Shown piece after piece: positions 39,587 through 55,364 of a DNA stretch of 64,000 nucleotides. A model generated the notes under the pieces. The model was given only the letters and a program-made list of their open reading frames with translations, was not told the origin of the DNA and did no database searches. The stretch's first letter is position 1, and each line of letters opens with the position of its first letter. A program made the position numbers and the translations under genes. This DNA is from Macrostomum lignano (taxonomy: Eukaryota), in assembly GCA_002269645.1 (NCBI GenBank), contig NIVC01001014.1:186001-250000 (forward strand). Direction: 5' to 3'.

Positions 39587-41665
39587 ATGCTGTTGATAAC
39601 CATAATTTCTGTTGCTGTGAACGTTGGCGCTTGTGCACTGGGCGAAGGTAAGGAACTAGAAGTAAGTGTTTTTTAAGCGATCCATAACTTTATTTTTTTG
39701 TAGTTGGTATGATATTTTAACTAATTTGCAGAGCTATAATTAAACAATAGGCTAGAGAGAGCACTGAGTACTTTTGTCGTTGCAACGTTCACAGAGACGT
39801 GAATCATGCCTAACGATAAATAAAGTTAGAGCCGCTGTGTGAGTGTCTTTCTGTCTGTTTTTTTCAGTTTTCTTCAGTTTGGACTTTTATCTAAATTAAT
39901 AGGATATTCACTGATGCGTGTGGACTGATGAAATTACAGTAGCAACTTCGATAAGCTCACCTATCAAAGAATCACGACGAAATTCTTGTTGCTTTTGAAA
40001 GCCCCGGCCCCTCGTACTTTACTTAGCAAGTAGTATATAAGAATCGTGATTTTTTCTGATGACTTTTAACAGACTTCTCCAGCTTCCCAGCGCCGGAAAC
40101 GGCTACAGCTTTGCTGACGACTCCAGCTGTCTGCTCCTGGCCGCAGCGAGGCAGACTGCGTACTGCAGTGCTCTGCAGTCTCACCCTGCATCTGCGGCGC
40201 TGTCGCCTTCGTGAGCAGAACGGGTATCGGTCTGTGCCTGTTCTTTACCGATCGCAATGTCAACAAAGCCGCGTCGACAGAAGATGCCATTGTCTATCGA
40301 AGATTGAAGCTGGAATCTCCGCATGGAGACTGTGAGTGAAAATGTTCATGAGAGTGAGAGGGAATTGAAATTTTCCACTATGTGCAATATAGTTTTTATT
40401 GAAGACCTCCTCTAGAACTGTTGTGTACTTCTAAACTGCAAAGCTTCGACATACTGTAAGACCTGTATGATGAATAATTAATCTTCAAAAGGCGATATAA
40501 AATACCTGATGCAGGCATCAAACCGAGCTGGAGTACAAGTTTCGTGCAGCTGGGCAGCAGACGATTCGTCATCATCCAGCAGAGATCGAATGGCAGGCTG
40601 AGCTTCGAACGAAATTGGACCGAATATGAGAATGGATTCGGTGACGCTGAGGAGTTTTGGGTTGGTGAGACGTCTTTATTGAATACCGTGGAGCTGTGCT
40701 CAAACTGTTTTCAATCCTGTGAAACTTCAGTCCTGTGAACCTTGAATCCTGTGAGCATTCGATCTTGTGAACCTTCAATTTTGTGAACCTTCAATCCTGT
40801 GAGACTTCAATCCTGTGAACCTTCAATCCTGTGAACCTTCAATCCTGTGAACCTTCAATCCTGTGAGCATTCGATCTTGTGAACCTTCAATTTTGTGAAC
40901 CTTCAATCCTGTGAGACTTCAATCCTGTGAACCTTCAATCCTGTGAACCTTCAATCCTTTGAACCTTTGATCTGGGGAAATTCGATTTTGTGAACCTTCA
41001 ATCTTGTGAGCCTTCAATCTTGGGAACCTTCGATCCCGTGAGCCTTCAATCCTGTGAACCTTCAATCCTGCGAACCTTCGATCCTGTGAACTTTCGATCC
41101 TGTGAACCTTCAATCCTGTGAGCCTTAAATCCTGTGAACCTTCGATTCTGTGAACCTTGGATTCTGTGAACCTTCGATCCTGTGAACCTTCGATACTCTA
41201 AGAAAAGCAACTGACCGACCGCCTTGAAAATATCACAGGACTACGTGCTATTCATCACGTGACTGGCAGTTCACCGAGACAGCTAAGAGTCGAAGCCGTC
41301 TCCCATTCCAACATCCTGTACGTAGCCGAGTACTCCCACTTCAGCGTAGCCGGTTCCGACACGAACTACGTTATGACCTATAAAGCTTATTTGAGCGGCC
41401 ACTCAAACACGACCGGCGATTCGCTTAGCACTCACAAAGGCATGCAGTTCTCAACTATGGACAGGGACAATGACAAGAAAAGCGGTTCCTGCTCCAAGTC
41501 TCCAAGACTAGGGGCAACGCAGGCTGGTGGCTCAACTCGTGCCTGCAGAGCAATCCGAATGGTATCAATGGCGAGTACGCTGGGTCCGTCTACGGCAGAA
41601 TGCTCTGGAGCCATGCTGACGACTGGAACCCGCTGAAATCTATTCGAATAATGCTGCTCGTGTAG
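39587..41665 (+). CDS. Secreted PAN/apple + fibrinogen C-terminal domain (FReD) protein; join(39587..39647 or 39661, ~40127..40331, 40515..40664, 41239..41665) with a 1-nt frameshift at 41511-41514
   Basis: Signal-like MLLITIISVAVNVGACALG; PAN-like GRSEADCVLQCS..PCICGAVAF......CLFF; IQQRSNG..SFERNWTEYENGFG...EFWVG; FSTMDRDND...C; GWWLNSC..SNPNG in the shifted frame. The exon 1/2 junction is ambiguous. Confidence 0.8.
40725..41195. repeat. 16-bp minisatellite (TGTGAACCTTCAATCC) in the FReD intron
   Basis: Direct reading. Confidence 0.93.
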
Positions 41666-41744
41666 AGAAATACAAGAGCCAGGAATCCAACTGATTAGTG
41701 TCAACTGAACTCTGAAAATAACTATAATTAATCAAGAACTTCGG

Positions 41745-42300
41745 AACTATCGGGACTATATCGGGACTATCGGGACTATATCGGGACTATCGAGACTATA
41801 TCGGGACTATATTGGGACTATCGGGACCTTCAGGACTGTCGGGACCTTCGGAACTATCGGGACCCTCGGGACTATCTGGACCATCGAGACTGTCTGGACC
41901 ATCGGGACTATATTGGGACCACCAGGACTATATCAGGACCTTCAGAACTATATCGGGACTTCGGGACCTTCGGGACTAAATCGGGACCTTCGCGACTATA
42001 TCAGGACCTTCGGGACTATATCAGGACCTTCGGGACTATATCAGGACCTTCGGGACTATATCAGGACCTTCGGGACTATATCAGGACCTTCGGGACTATA
42101 TCAGTACCTTCGGGACTATATCAGGACCTTCGGGACTATATCAGGACCTTCGGGACTATATCAGGACCTTCAGGACTATATCAGGACCTTCGGGATTATA
42201 TCGGGACCTTCAAGACTACATGTATCAGTACGATCGGAACCTTCAAGACTAACGGGACCTTCGGGACTATTGGGACTATATCGGGACATTTAGGACCTTT
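41745..42300. repeat. 10/20-bp repeat (TCGGGACTATA; TCAGGACCTTCGGGACTATA)
   Basis: Direct reading. Confidence 0.92.
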
Positions 42301-42312
42301 GAGACCTTTCGG

Positions 42313-43650
42313 ATCCTACATTATACCTGTTAGTGTCTGTGCTACCTAATCCTATATTATACCTGTTAGTGTCTGTGCTACTTGATCCTATATTATATAC
42401 CTGTTAGTGTCTGTGCTACCTGATCCTATATTATACCTGTTAGTGTCTGTGCTATCTGATCCTATATTATATACCTGTTAGTGTCTGTGCTACCTGATCC
42501 TATATTATATACCTGTTAGTGTCTGTGCTACCTGATCCTATATTATATACCTGTTAGTGTCTGTGCTACCTGATCCTATATTATATACCTGTTAGTGTCT
42601 GTGCTACCTGATCCTATATTATATACCTGTTAGTGTCTGTGCTACCTGATCCTATATTATATACCTGTTAGTGTCTGTGCTATCTGATCCTATATTATAT
42701 ACCTGTTAGTGTCTGTGCTACCTGATCCTATATTATATACCTGTTAGTGTCTGTGCTACCTGATCCTATATTATATACCTGTTAGTGTCTGTGCTACCTG
42801 ATCCTATATTATATACCTGTTAGTGTCTGAGCTTCCTGATCCTATATTATATACCTGTTAGTGTCTGTGCTACCTGATCCTATATTATATACCTGTTAGT
42901 GTCTGTGCTACCTGATCCTATATTATATACCTGTTAGTGTCTGTGCTACCTGATCCTATATTATATACCTGTTAGTGTCTGTGCTACCTGATCCTATATT
43001 ATATACCTGTTAGTGTCTGTGCTACCTGATCCTATATTATATACCTGTTAGTGTCTGTGCTACCTGATCTTATATTATACCTGTTAGTGTCTGTGCTACC
43101 TGATCCTATATTATATACCTGTTAGTGTCTGTGCTACCTGATCTTATATTATACCTGTTAGTGTCTGTGCTACCTGATCCTATATTATATACCTGTTAGT
43201 GTCTGTGCTACCTGATCCTATATTATATACCTGTTAGTGTCTGTGCTACCTGATCCTATATTATATACCTGTTAGTGTCTGTGCTACCTGATCCTATATT
43301 ATATACCTGTTAGTGTCTGTGCTACCTGATCCTATATTATATACCTGTTAGTGTCTGTGCTACCTGATCCTATATTATATACCTGTTAGTGTCTGTGCTA
43401 TCTGATCCTATATTATATACCTGTTAGTGTCTGTGCTACCTGATCCTATATTATATACCTGTTAGTGTCTGAGCTTCCTGATCATATATTATATACCTGT
43501 TAGTGTCTGTGCTACCTGATCCTATATTATATACCTGTTAGTGTCTGTGCTACCTGATCCTATATTATATACCTGTTAGTGTCTGAGCTTCCTGATCCTA
43601 TATTATATACCTGTTAGTGTCTGAGCTACCTAATCCTATATTATATACCT
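42313..43650. repeat. 38-bp minisatellite (GATCCTATATTATATACCTGTTAGTGTCTGTGCTACCT)
   Basis: Direct reading. Confidence 0.97.
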
Positions 43651-43694
43651 ATTCGTGCTTGGTGTTTCTTTACGCAGCTTCTCATCCAAACTTG

Positions 43695-43990
43695 TGTACT
43701 GTGTCTGTAGAGAGCCTGTACTGTGTCTGTAGTGAGCATGTACTGTGTCTGTAGTGAGCCTGTACTGTGTCTGTAGTGAGCCTGTACTGTGTCTGTAGTG
43801 AGCCTGTACTGTGTCTGTAGTGATCCTGTACTGCGTCTAGTGATCCTGTACTGTGTCTGTAGTGATCCTGTACTGTGTCTGTAGTGAGCCTGTACTGTGT
43901 CTGTAGTGATCATGTACTGTGTCTGTAGTGAGCCTGTACTGTGTCTGTAGTGATCCTGTACTGTGTCTGTAGTGATCATGTACTGTGTTT
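43695..43990. repeat. 22-bp minisatellite (CTGTACTGTGTCTGTAGTGAGC)
   Basis: Direct reading. Confidence 0.93.
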
Positions 43991-44895
43991 GTCTGTCACA
44001 GAGTTTCCCACAGAAATTTATCTGCAATCCCGACTCAAAAAGTCGGAATTAATTTTGAGTCATCATGATAACAGCTGAATTAAGGTAGTGATTTTATTTG
44101 AAAATACATTTTTAATCCACCTGTTTGAATTAAATAAAACTCAGCTCAACACTCAACACTCGTAAACTTAAGTCTTCTAAAAATCGATGTTGTTTATCGA
44201 TGCCTTGTGAAGCTACTACAGAAGTGGCTTCTGTTTAACTCTCCTCTCCTCTCTCTCCATTTTATCAGCTATTACCAATTAAGTGGTAAGAAATTTTTTA
44301 ATCTAGCTTATACGCAGTAGTGGAGCAATCATCCATCACGGTTAGAAAATTATAATGACGAAAGCCCAGTCTCTATTCTTCTAAACTCCTTGTCCAGGTA
44401 GGTAATTAACGTCAATGTTTTGTGCCTGGATAATTAAGATATGAAGTTACAACAGTTTTCTCGGCAATTTCACAGCTGGATCGGCAGTTAAAATCAGTCT
44501 TTGAAAGCCATCTGCACGAGTAATTGCCAGATAATTTTTTAATTTGTTTAAGACAGATTCTAGAGCATAATTGATGAGCAAAAATTGGTTCCGAGTCGCC
44601 CCCAAAATTGATCAATTTACTTCTGCTGCATATAAGCTTGCCGTCCATTGCTAAGAAGCATCTGGCACCTAGCACCAATGGCCCAGCTCGGCTCCTTGTC
44701 TATCTTTAAGCCAGCAGCCCATGTGCTCAGCAAATCCCTGACTACACTGCTCAACAGGCTTGGCTGCGACTTTGGCGATAAAACTCTGGTCAATTTGGTG
44801 AGCATCTTGCTGATGAATATTGACAGTACAGTTCTGCGGTGCAAATTTGCGGTGCGCATGTCTCAAGCTCACAGCCAGTTTAACTGCAATTTCAG

Positions 44896-46268
<1,373 letters not shown>

Positions 46269-46747
46269 ACTGAATCACCCGAATCTTACAACTGAAGCGG
46301 AACATCTGTCGTCTGTCTGTGTCCTGAGTGTTTTTTGATTGTAGTATATAGACCAGAAATTATACAAATATCTGCGTTTAATTTTAGATCAATAGCCTCA
46401 CAGCCTGTAGATTTCGATGTTAAATTTTTCCAAGATGCTTCTAGATACTTCTCAACACACAAATATCAATAGCCATGCCAACTCTGCAACTGCTCACTCG
46501 ACGCTTTCAAGTATCAATACTAAATTTATTTTAGCATGTTAGACACAACTTGAAGACAATACTGCTCTAATGTCCTGCTTCAACTGATATCATAGTAAAA
46601 TATAATTCAGTCAAGTCAGATAATTTTAAAAATTACATCCATGGCGTCTGTTGTGCATTTCTTAGCAGTATCAAGTGGATATAATTTCTGCAGGCATTTC
46701 TTGAACCTTTACGGTGTGAGCGCTAAGGGTCTTTGACTCTTCAGCGT

Positions 46748-47900
<1,153 letters not shown>

Positions 47901-48599
47901 GAACCTATAGGAAAATCAATTTTTGATCACATAACTAATTTGTTAGTATAGTCTATTTATGGAAAAATACCTAATATCGCATAGTCTATGGTAAATGACG
48001 TAGTACATATTCTACAGTAGAATGACCTAGTATATTGTCTATGGTAAAATGACGTAGTAAATAGTCTATGGTAAAATGACCTAGTATAAAAGTATGTGGG
48101 AAAAGACCTATCTATTATCTTTTATATATTTTTGATGGTGAAATTTGGCTAGATATTTAAAAATAAATAATGAAGAATGCAGAATGCAGAATTTTCAGAA
48201 ACAGAGTTAATCAGAAACAATATTGAACGGAACAGTTAAGAATTAGCTGTAGTTTAGAAAACATTGTGCAAATTTGCAGCTGTATATTGTTCCAATATAG
48301 TAAATTACTATTGACAGTCACAATGATATAAAAATCAATCAAAAATGTCAGATTCTTTTGGCGCATGCAAGTAGGCTTTCATTCGCCGAGATAAACCACT
48401 GTTTAAGTTTAGTGACACGAAAGGTCGCATGAGTAACTTATAACAAAGTCGAATAAATGGAGCACTAGCTGTTGCGGACGTTCAATTATTTAGGTCAAGA
48501 AGCGATTGCTACTGAATAATATATCTGATGAAATTAAATCTTGTTTTACTAGAGACAGCGGAATGTACATTAGTCATTAGTACATTAGAGTTTTTATTG

Positions 48600-48900
48600 G
48601 AGAGAGTGTACATTAGGGAGTAGTTTTTATTGCGGGGAGTGTACATTAGAGGGTAGCGGTTTTACTGGAGGGAGTGTACATTAAGGGTAGTGGTTTGATT
48701 GGAGTGTACATTAGGGGGTAGAAGTTCTATTGGAGAGTGTACACTAGGGGTAGAGGTTTTATTGGAGGGAGTGTAGTCTAGGGGGTAGGGGTTTTATTGC
48801 AGAGTGTACATAAGGGGGTAGAAGTTTTATTGGAGAGTGTACATTAGGGCGGGTATAAGTTTCAATGGAGGGAATGTACATTGAAAGGGTAGGGTTTTTT
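48600..48900. repeat. Degenerate ~33-bp repeat (GTACATTAGGGGTAG..TTTTATTGGAGAGT)
   Basis: Direct reading. Confidence 0.75.
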
Positions 48901-49029
48901 ACTGGAGGAAGTATTACGGGAACAAGTTAGGATAAGGGCTAGGATTAGGACTTGTTCCGAATCGAGATAGTTGGCAAAGTTGTTTATATCAGTATTGTCG
49001 GGAAAAATCGACCATGGTCCGTATTAGCC

Positions 49030-52000
49030 TTAATCCCAATCGTCCTCATCTCCACTGCCTCCGCCGCCGCCGCCGCCACTCGCGCCTCCGTCGCCAATCA
49101 TTGCGCTGATGCGATCGAACATGGAGTTGCCGGTAGATTTTGCAACAGTGCCGCCGCCGCCGCTTTTATCGACAGCGCCACCACCAGCGATGCCCTGACG
49201 CCGTCGGTTGAGCTTCAACTTTAACTGTTCCATCAGATCGAGGCCGCTACCGCCTCCGCCGCTGCCGCCACCACTGCCGCCGTCATTTGAATCAACCGAC
49301 GCTCCGGCGCCCGAGGCAGCAGCGGCAGAGGAGGCGGCGTTGGCGGCTTCTCGACTATCGCGAATTTGACGCTTCTTAGCCAGCTTTCGTTCTTTCACCG
49401 AGCGCAGCCGGGCATTCTCGGCGCCGCCAGCCTGCCTGATAGCGTCTAGGAGACTCGCCCGGGCCGCGTTGTTGCCTTCGGGAACGCCGGCGGCTGAAGG
49501 CGGCGGAGGAGGAGGCGGCGGCGGTGGGGGTGGCGGCGGCGGTGGCGGAGGTGGGGAGGGGCGGCACAGAAGCGGCGGCCGCCGAGGACTCCACGGGTGG
49601 CGGAGGCGGAGGCGGCGGAGGTGGAGGCGGTGGCGGTGGGGGAGGCGGAGGAGGGGCAGAGGCAGCGGTTGCTGAGCCAGCCGATGGCGGCAGAGGCGGG
49701 GGCGGCTCAGACAGACAGGCCAGCTGCAGGATGACATTATCAGAGTCTGACGGGGCGATGCCCGGGCCGAGGTCGCCGCTGTAGGCGACATTCTCAGCTA
49801 CGCCTCGCAGCCTCGGCAGCATGGAGGGCAGGCTGTCGAGATCGGGCACAGCGCCAAGGCTAGGCATGTACAGCAGCGAGCCGCCGTCGGGCCGGTCGAG
49901 CCGGTCGCCAACTCTGATGGAGTCGGGCGCTTCGCCGGGTCTGCGCCGAGCCGAGGCTGCATCGTCGTCATCTGGTCCGCGCCTGGCTCTGGTGAGCACG
50001 CCGAGAGGGTCAATAAGGGTGTACCGCTTATAGGGGTTCTCCGCAGTGTTGAATAGCAACAGGCTGCTCAAGGAGGTCAGACCGTTGGGCAGGCGGCCCA
50101 GGCCCTCCTCCTCCTCAGCAGCAGCAGATCGACTGGCGGCCGCTGCCGTCCGAGCCGGTGGTTTGAGATTCACCTGGCAAATTGAAAAACAAAAGTACAA
50201 CTTTAAAAGTACACTAACTATTGCAGATAAAAGTACATAGGCATAGTGCACTAATTCCTTCCTAGCCTTACAGAGCCTACAGAGCCTAGGCTAGGGGGTT
50301 GTAGCCTAGTGGTCAGAGCGTCGGACTCACAACTTGAAGGTCGGGGGTTCGATTCCCGATCCCACTAGAACAATTTGTGTCCTTGAGCAAGACACTTAAC
50401 TCTGCATTGTTTCAGTTCACCCAGCTGGGGTAATTGAGGGTGTGTGTGGCGACCCCCCCTCAGGAAAGAAGTAAAAAGTTGGTCAAAGAAACACAACTAA
50501 AAGTACATATGCTATCCAAAAACAAAGTCGCCTCACCTGCATAAAATGCCGCATCTCCATTAGCGCCGCTTCGTTAAGCGCCTCTCGCTGACTGCGCACC
50601 AGCCTGGCAACTGCCAGCGCCCCTCGCTCAGCTTCGTCTAGACCGGCGAACGGCGACTGGAACTCTGCATCGGCGCCAGCCGCTACGGGATATTTCGGCG
50701 CGGCAAACACCTGCGATCAGATTATATATTAACAGACAGTGTAAAATGTCGATTTTTCTAGCAAACTACACTACTAACAAACATTGGCTAGTAGGATGGC
50801 ACGAAAACTAGCTCATTTTTAGCAAGAAAAACGTGGAAATATAGTTATAAAGGCCGGACTAACGAACCTGCACAGCCTTGGTGGTGCCTTTCAACGAATC
50901 GATGGTGGCTTGACAGGTGGCTGCACGCCGCCGCAGGTTGGCACAGGTGGACAGCTGCTCAGCGACTCTGAATAGGTAAAATAAGCGCGAATGTGTCAGT
51001 ATTACTTTTTCAGCGTAAGTTCATCGACAAAATCGGGAATTAACTCCCTAACCGCTCTCTGCTCCCAACCTCTATCCGTTCTCTACTCTCTATCCTCTCT
51101 CTCTCCATTCTATCCGTTCTCTACTCTCTATCCTCTCTCTCTCCATTCTATCCGTTCTCTACTCTCTATCCGCTCTCTCTCTCTCTCTCCATTCTATCCG
51201 TTCTCTACTCTCTATCCGCTCTCTCTCCATTCTATCCGTTCTCTACTCTCTATCCGCTCTCTCTCTCCATTCTATCCGTTCTCTACTCTCTATCCGCTCT
51301 CTCTCCATTCTATCCGTTCTCTACTCTCTATCCGCTCTCTCTCCATTCTATCCGTTCTCTACTCTCTATCCGCTCTCTCTCCATTCTATCCGTTCTCTAC
51401 TCTCTATCCGCTCTCTCTCTCTCTCTCTCTCTCCATTCTATCCGTTCTCTACTCTCTATCCTCTCTCTCTCCATTCTATCCGTTCTCTACTCTCTATCCG
51501 CTCTCTCTCTCTCTCTCCATTCTATCCGTTCTCTACTCTCTATCCGCTCTCTCTCCATTCTATCCGTTCTCTACTCTCTATCCGCTCTCTCTCTCCATTC
51601 TATCCGTTCTCTACTCTCTATCCGCTCTCTCTCCATTCTATCCGTTCTCTACTCTCTATCCGCTCTCTCTCCATTCTATCCGTTCTCTACTCTCTATCCG
51701 CTCTCTCTCCATTCTATCCGTTCTCTACTCTCTATCCTCTCTCTCTCTCTCTCTCCATTCTATCCGTTCTCTACTCTCTATCCTCTCTCTCTCCATTCTA
51801 TCCGTTATCTACTCTCTATCCGCTCTCTCTCTCTCTCCATTCTATCCGTTCTCTACTCTCTATCCGCTCTCTCTCCATTCTATCCGTTCTCTACTCTCTA
51901 TCCGCTCTCTCTCTCTCTCTCTCCATTCTATCCGTTCTCTACTCTCTATCCGCTCTCTCTCCATTCTATCCGTTCTCTACTCTCTATCCGCTCTCTCTCT

Positions 52001-52671
52001 CTCTCTCTCCATTCTATCCGTTCTCTACTCTCTATCCGCTCTCTCTCCATTCTATCCGTTCTCTACTCACTATCCGCTCTCTCTCTCTCTCTCCATTCTA
52101 TCCGTTCTCTACTCTCTATCCGCTCTCTCTCCATTCTATCCGTTCTCTACTCTCTATCCGCTCTCTCTCTCCATTCTATCCGTTCTCTACTCTCTATCCG
52201 CTCTCTCTCTCTCTCTCCATTCTATCCGTTCTCTACTCTCTATCCGCTCTCTCTCCATTCTATCCGTTATCTACTCTCTATCCGCTCTCTCTCTCCATTC
52301 TATCCGTTCTCTACTCTCTATCCGCTCTCTCTCCATTCTATCCGTTCTCTACTCTCTATCCGCTCTCTCTCTCTCTCCATTCTATCCGTTCTCTACTCTC
52401 TATCCTCTCTCTCTCTCTCTCTCCATTCTATCCGTTATCTACTCTCTATCCGCTCTCTCTCTCTCTCTCTCCATTCTATCCGTTCTCTACTCTCTATCCG
52501 CTCTCTCTCTCTAACCTCTATCCGCTCTCTACTCCCATACCTCTATCCGCTCTCTCTCCATTCTATCCGTTCTCTACTCTCTATCCGCTCTCTCTCTCTC
52601 TCTCTCCATTCTATCCGTTCTCTACTCTCTATCCGCTCTCTCTCCATTCTATCCGTTCTCTACTCACTATC

Positions 52672-52770
<99 letters not shown>

Positions 52771-52877
52771 CTATCCGTTCTCTACTCTCTATCCGCTCTC
52801 TCTCTCTCTCTCCATTCTATCCGTTCTCTACTCTCTATCCGCTCTCTCTCCATTCTATCCGTTCTCTACTCACTATC

Positions 52878-52956
<79 letters not shown>

Positions 52957-53672
52957 CTATCCGTTCTCTACTCTCTATCCGCTCTCTCTCTCTCTCCATT
53001 CTATCCGTTCTCTACTCTCTATCCGCTCTCTCTCTCTCCATTCCATCCGTTCTCTACTCTCTATCCGCTCTCTCTCTCTATTCTATCCGTTCTCTACTCT
53101 CTATCCGCTCTCTCTCTCTCTCTCCATTCTATCCGTTATCTACTCTCTATCCGCTCTCTCTCTCTCTCCATTCTATCCGTTCTCTACTCTCTATCCGCTC
53201 TCTCTCTCTCCATTCCATCCGTTCTCTACTCTCTATCCGCTCTCTCTCTCTATTCTATCCGTTCTCTACTCTCTATCCGCTCTCTCTCTCTCTCTCCATT
53301 CTATCCGTTATCTACTCTCTATCCGCTCTCTCTCTCTCTCCATTCTATCCGTTCTCTACTCTCTATCCGCTCTCTCTCTCTAACCTCTATCCGCTCTCTA
53401 CTCCCATACCTCTATCCGCTCTCTACTCTCTATCCTCTCTCTACCCCCCTAACCTCTATCCGCTCTCTACTCTCTATCCTCTCTCTACCCCCCTAACCTC
53501 TATCCGCTCTCTGTTCTGCTCTTACTCACTTAGCCTCCAGCCGGGCAAACACAGTGTTAGCAACCGTCTCCAAGCGCTCCAAAGCATCAGCCGTCTGCAC
53601 TAGCAGCTCCTCCGGGCGCAGCTGAGCTGGCGACAGGCCGATGCGCATCGAGTCGGCTCGCTGGCCAATCAT
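49030..53672 (-). CDS. WASHC1: WASH complex subunit 1; complement(join(49030..50173,50537..50710,50868..50967,53530..53672)) with a frameshift at 49553-49561
   Basis: LRPEELLVQTADALERL, IDSLKGTTKAVQVFAAPKYP, EEGLGRLP..LTSLSSLLLFNTAENPYKRY..IDPL, poly-Pro, WH2 RASLLDAIRQAGG...LRSVKERK, LMEQLK.KL..RRQGI, acidic end DEDDWD; intron phases consistent. Confidence 0.93.
50294..50460 (+). mobile_element. Second, 3'-truncated copy of the CORE-type tRNA SINE, in a WASH1 intron
   Basis: Near-identical to 13561-13750, with an internal deletion between two AGCTG direct repeats. Confidence 0.85.
51050..53515. repeat. Pyrimidine-rich compound minisatellite (CCATTCTATCCGTTCTCTACTCTCTATCCG + variable (CT)n)
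   Basis: Direct reading; fills a WASH1 intron. Confidence 0.97.
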
Positions 53673-53789
53673 GTTGCCAGCGGTTCCAATTGCTTTGCTG
53701 TGAGCTGTGCGGCTTACTGGCCGGCTGTGCGATACCTGGCTGTAATTGGCTGTCTCTGGTGAGCAACCCTGACAGTGTGCACTAGACAG

Positions 53790-54652
53790 GAGGCTGGGGA
53801 TCTGGGTGGCTTAGCAACTAAGGATCTGGGTAACTTAGCAACTGAGGATCTGGGAGGCTGGCCCAGCAACTAAGGATCTGGGAGGCTGGCCCAGCAACTG
53901 AGGATCTGGGAGGCTGGCCCAGCAACTAAGGATCTGGGAGGCTGGCCCAGCAACTGAGGATTGGGAGGCTGGCCCAGCAACTGAGGATCTGCATGGGAGG
54001 CTGGTTCAGCAACTGAGGATCTGCATGGGAGGCTGGCCCAGCAACTGAGGATCTGGGAGGCTGGCCCAGCAACTGAGGATTTGGGAGGCTGGCCCAGCAA
54101 CTGAGGATCTGGGAGGCTGGCCCAGCAACTGAGGATTTGGGAGGCTGGCCCAGCAACTGAGGATTTGGGAGGCTGGTTCAGCAACTGAGGATTTGGGAGG
54201 CTGGTTCAGCAACTGAGGATCTGCATGGGAGGCTGGCCCAGCAACTAAGGATCTGGGAGGCTGGCCCAGCAACTGAGGATCTGCATGGGAGGCTGGCCCA
54301 GCAACTAAGGATCTGGGAGGCTGGCCCAGCAACTGAGGATCTGCATGGGAGGCTGGTTCAGCAACTGAGGATCTGCATGGGAGGCTGGCCCAGCAACTGA
54401 GGATCTGGGAGGCTGGCCCAGCAACTGAGGATTTGGGAGGCTGGCCCAGCAACTGAGGATTTGGGAGGCTGGCCCAGCAACCGAGGATTTGGGAGGCTGG
54501 CCCAGCAACCGAGGATTTGGGAGGCTGGCCCAGCAACTAAGGATCTGGGAGGCTGGCCCAGCAACTAAGGATCTGGGAGGCTGGCCCAGCAACTAAGGAT
54601 CTGGGAGGCTGGCCCAGCAACTGAGGATTTGGGAGGCTGGCCCAGCAACTGA
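53790..54652 (-). repeat. 28-bp minisatellite of the same family as the MEPCE intron array, upstream of the WASH1 ATG exon
   Basis: TGAGGATCTGGGAGGCTGGCCCAGCAAC is the reverse complement of the 35590 unit. Confidence 0.95.
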
Positions 54653-55364
54653 CAATCTACAAAAATGGTAAAATCAAAAGAAGTCAATATCCACACTTAC
54701 AATAATGAAATCTTTATAATTTTTGCACCTACAATGGGACAAGTTTATAATCCAATAAAAAGTGTTCTAATGAAGATGAACAAGTTCCACCTGATGAGCA
54801 GCGTAGCGAGCACAATTGAACACGATGCGGCAATTAGTCGATCATATAAGTAACATCAGTTTTAATATGTATGGAAAATGTAGTTGCTACGCACACAGTT
54901 GAACAACGGTTTTTAAAGAATTAATAAAAAGATCAATGCACAGTTCTTGAGACAGACAACGTGATCGCGTGAAAAAGCACGCCAAGAGGAGATATTACAG
55001 ATATTAAAAAGCTTGGCTATGACAAATCAAAATCTTTCAATTCATATTTCTAACCAATGTCACCTAAGCAAAAATATTTTACTTGTTTGCATAACCTTGC
55101 CTTCTAACTCAAGTTATAGGAGCGTATGTGTATTCATATACCAATAGCTGCCAACGAAGACCGCAATAATTAGTTTATGGATAACAAAGCTAAGTCTGTT
55201 TTAAGCTAGAAGCCATTATCGATTTGTTTTGCTATTAGTAGTATGATAAAATAAATTAGTAATGGGCGGCATTATAAAGGCAAAAGTGCAAACAGAAAAG
55301 ATCTATACAAGATACAAAAAAGCTTTGTTGCTAAGATCTAATATTGCATTCGTCAGTCTAAATA

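Noticed and set aside
40115-40117. Selenocysteine or readthrough TGA in the PAN exon
   Set aside because: An alternative acceptor at 40126 or an indel explains it more simply, and I recognised no SECIS.
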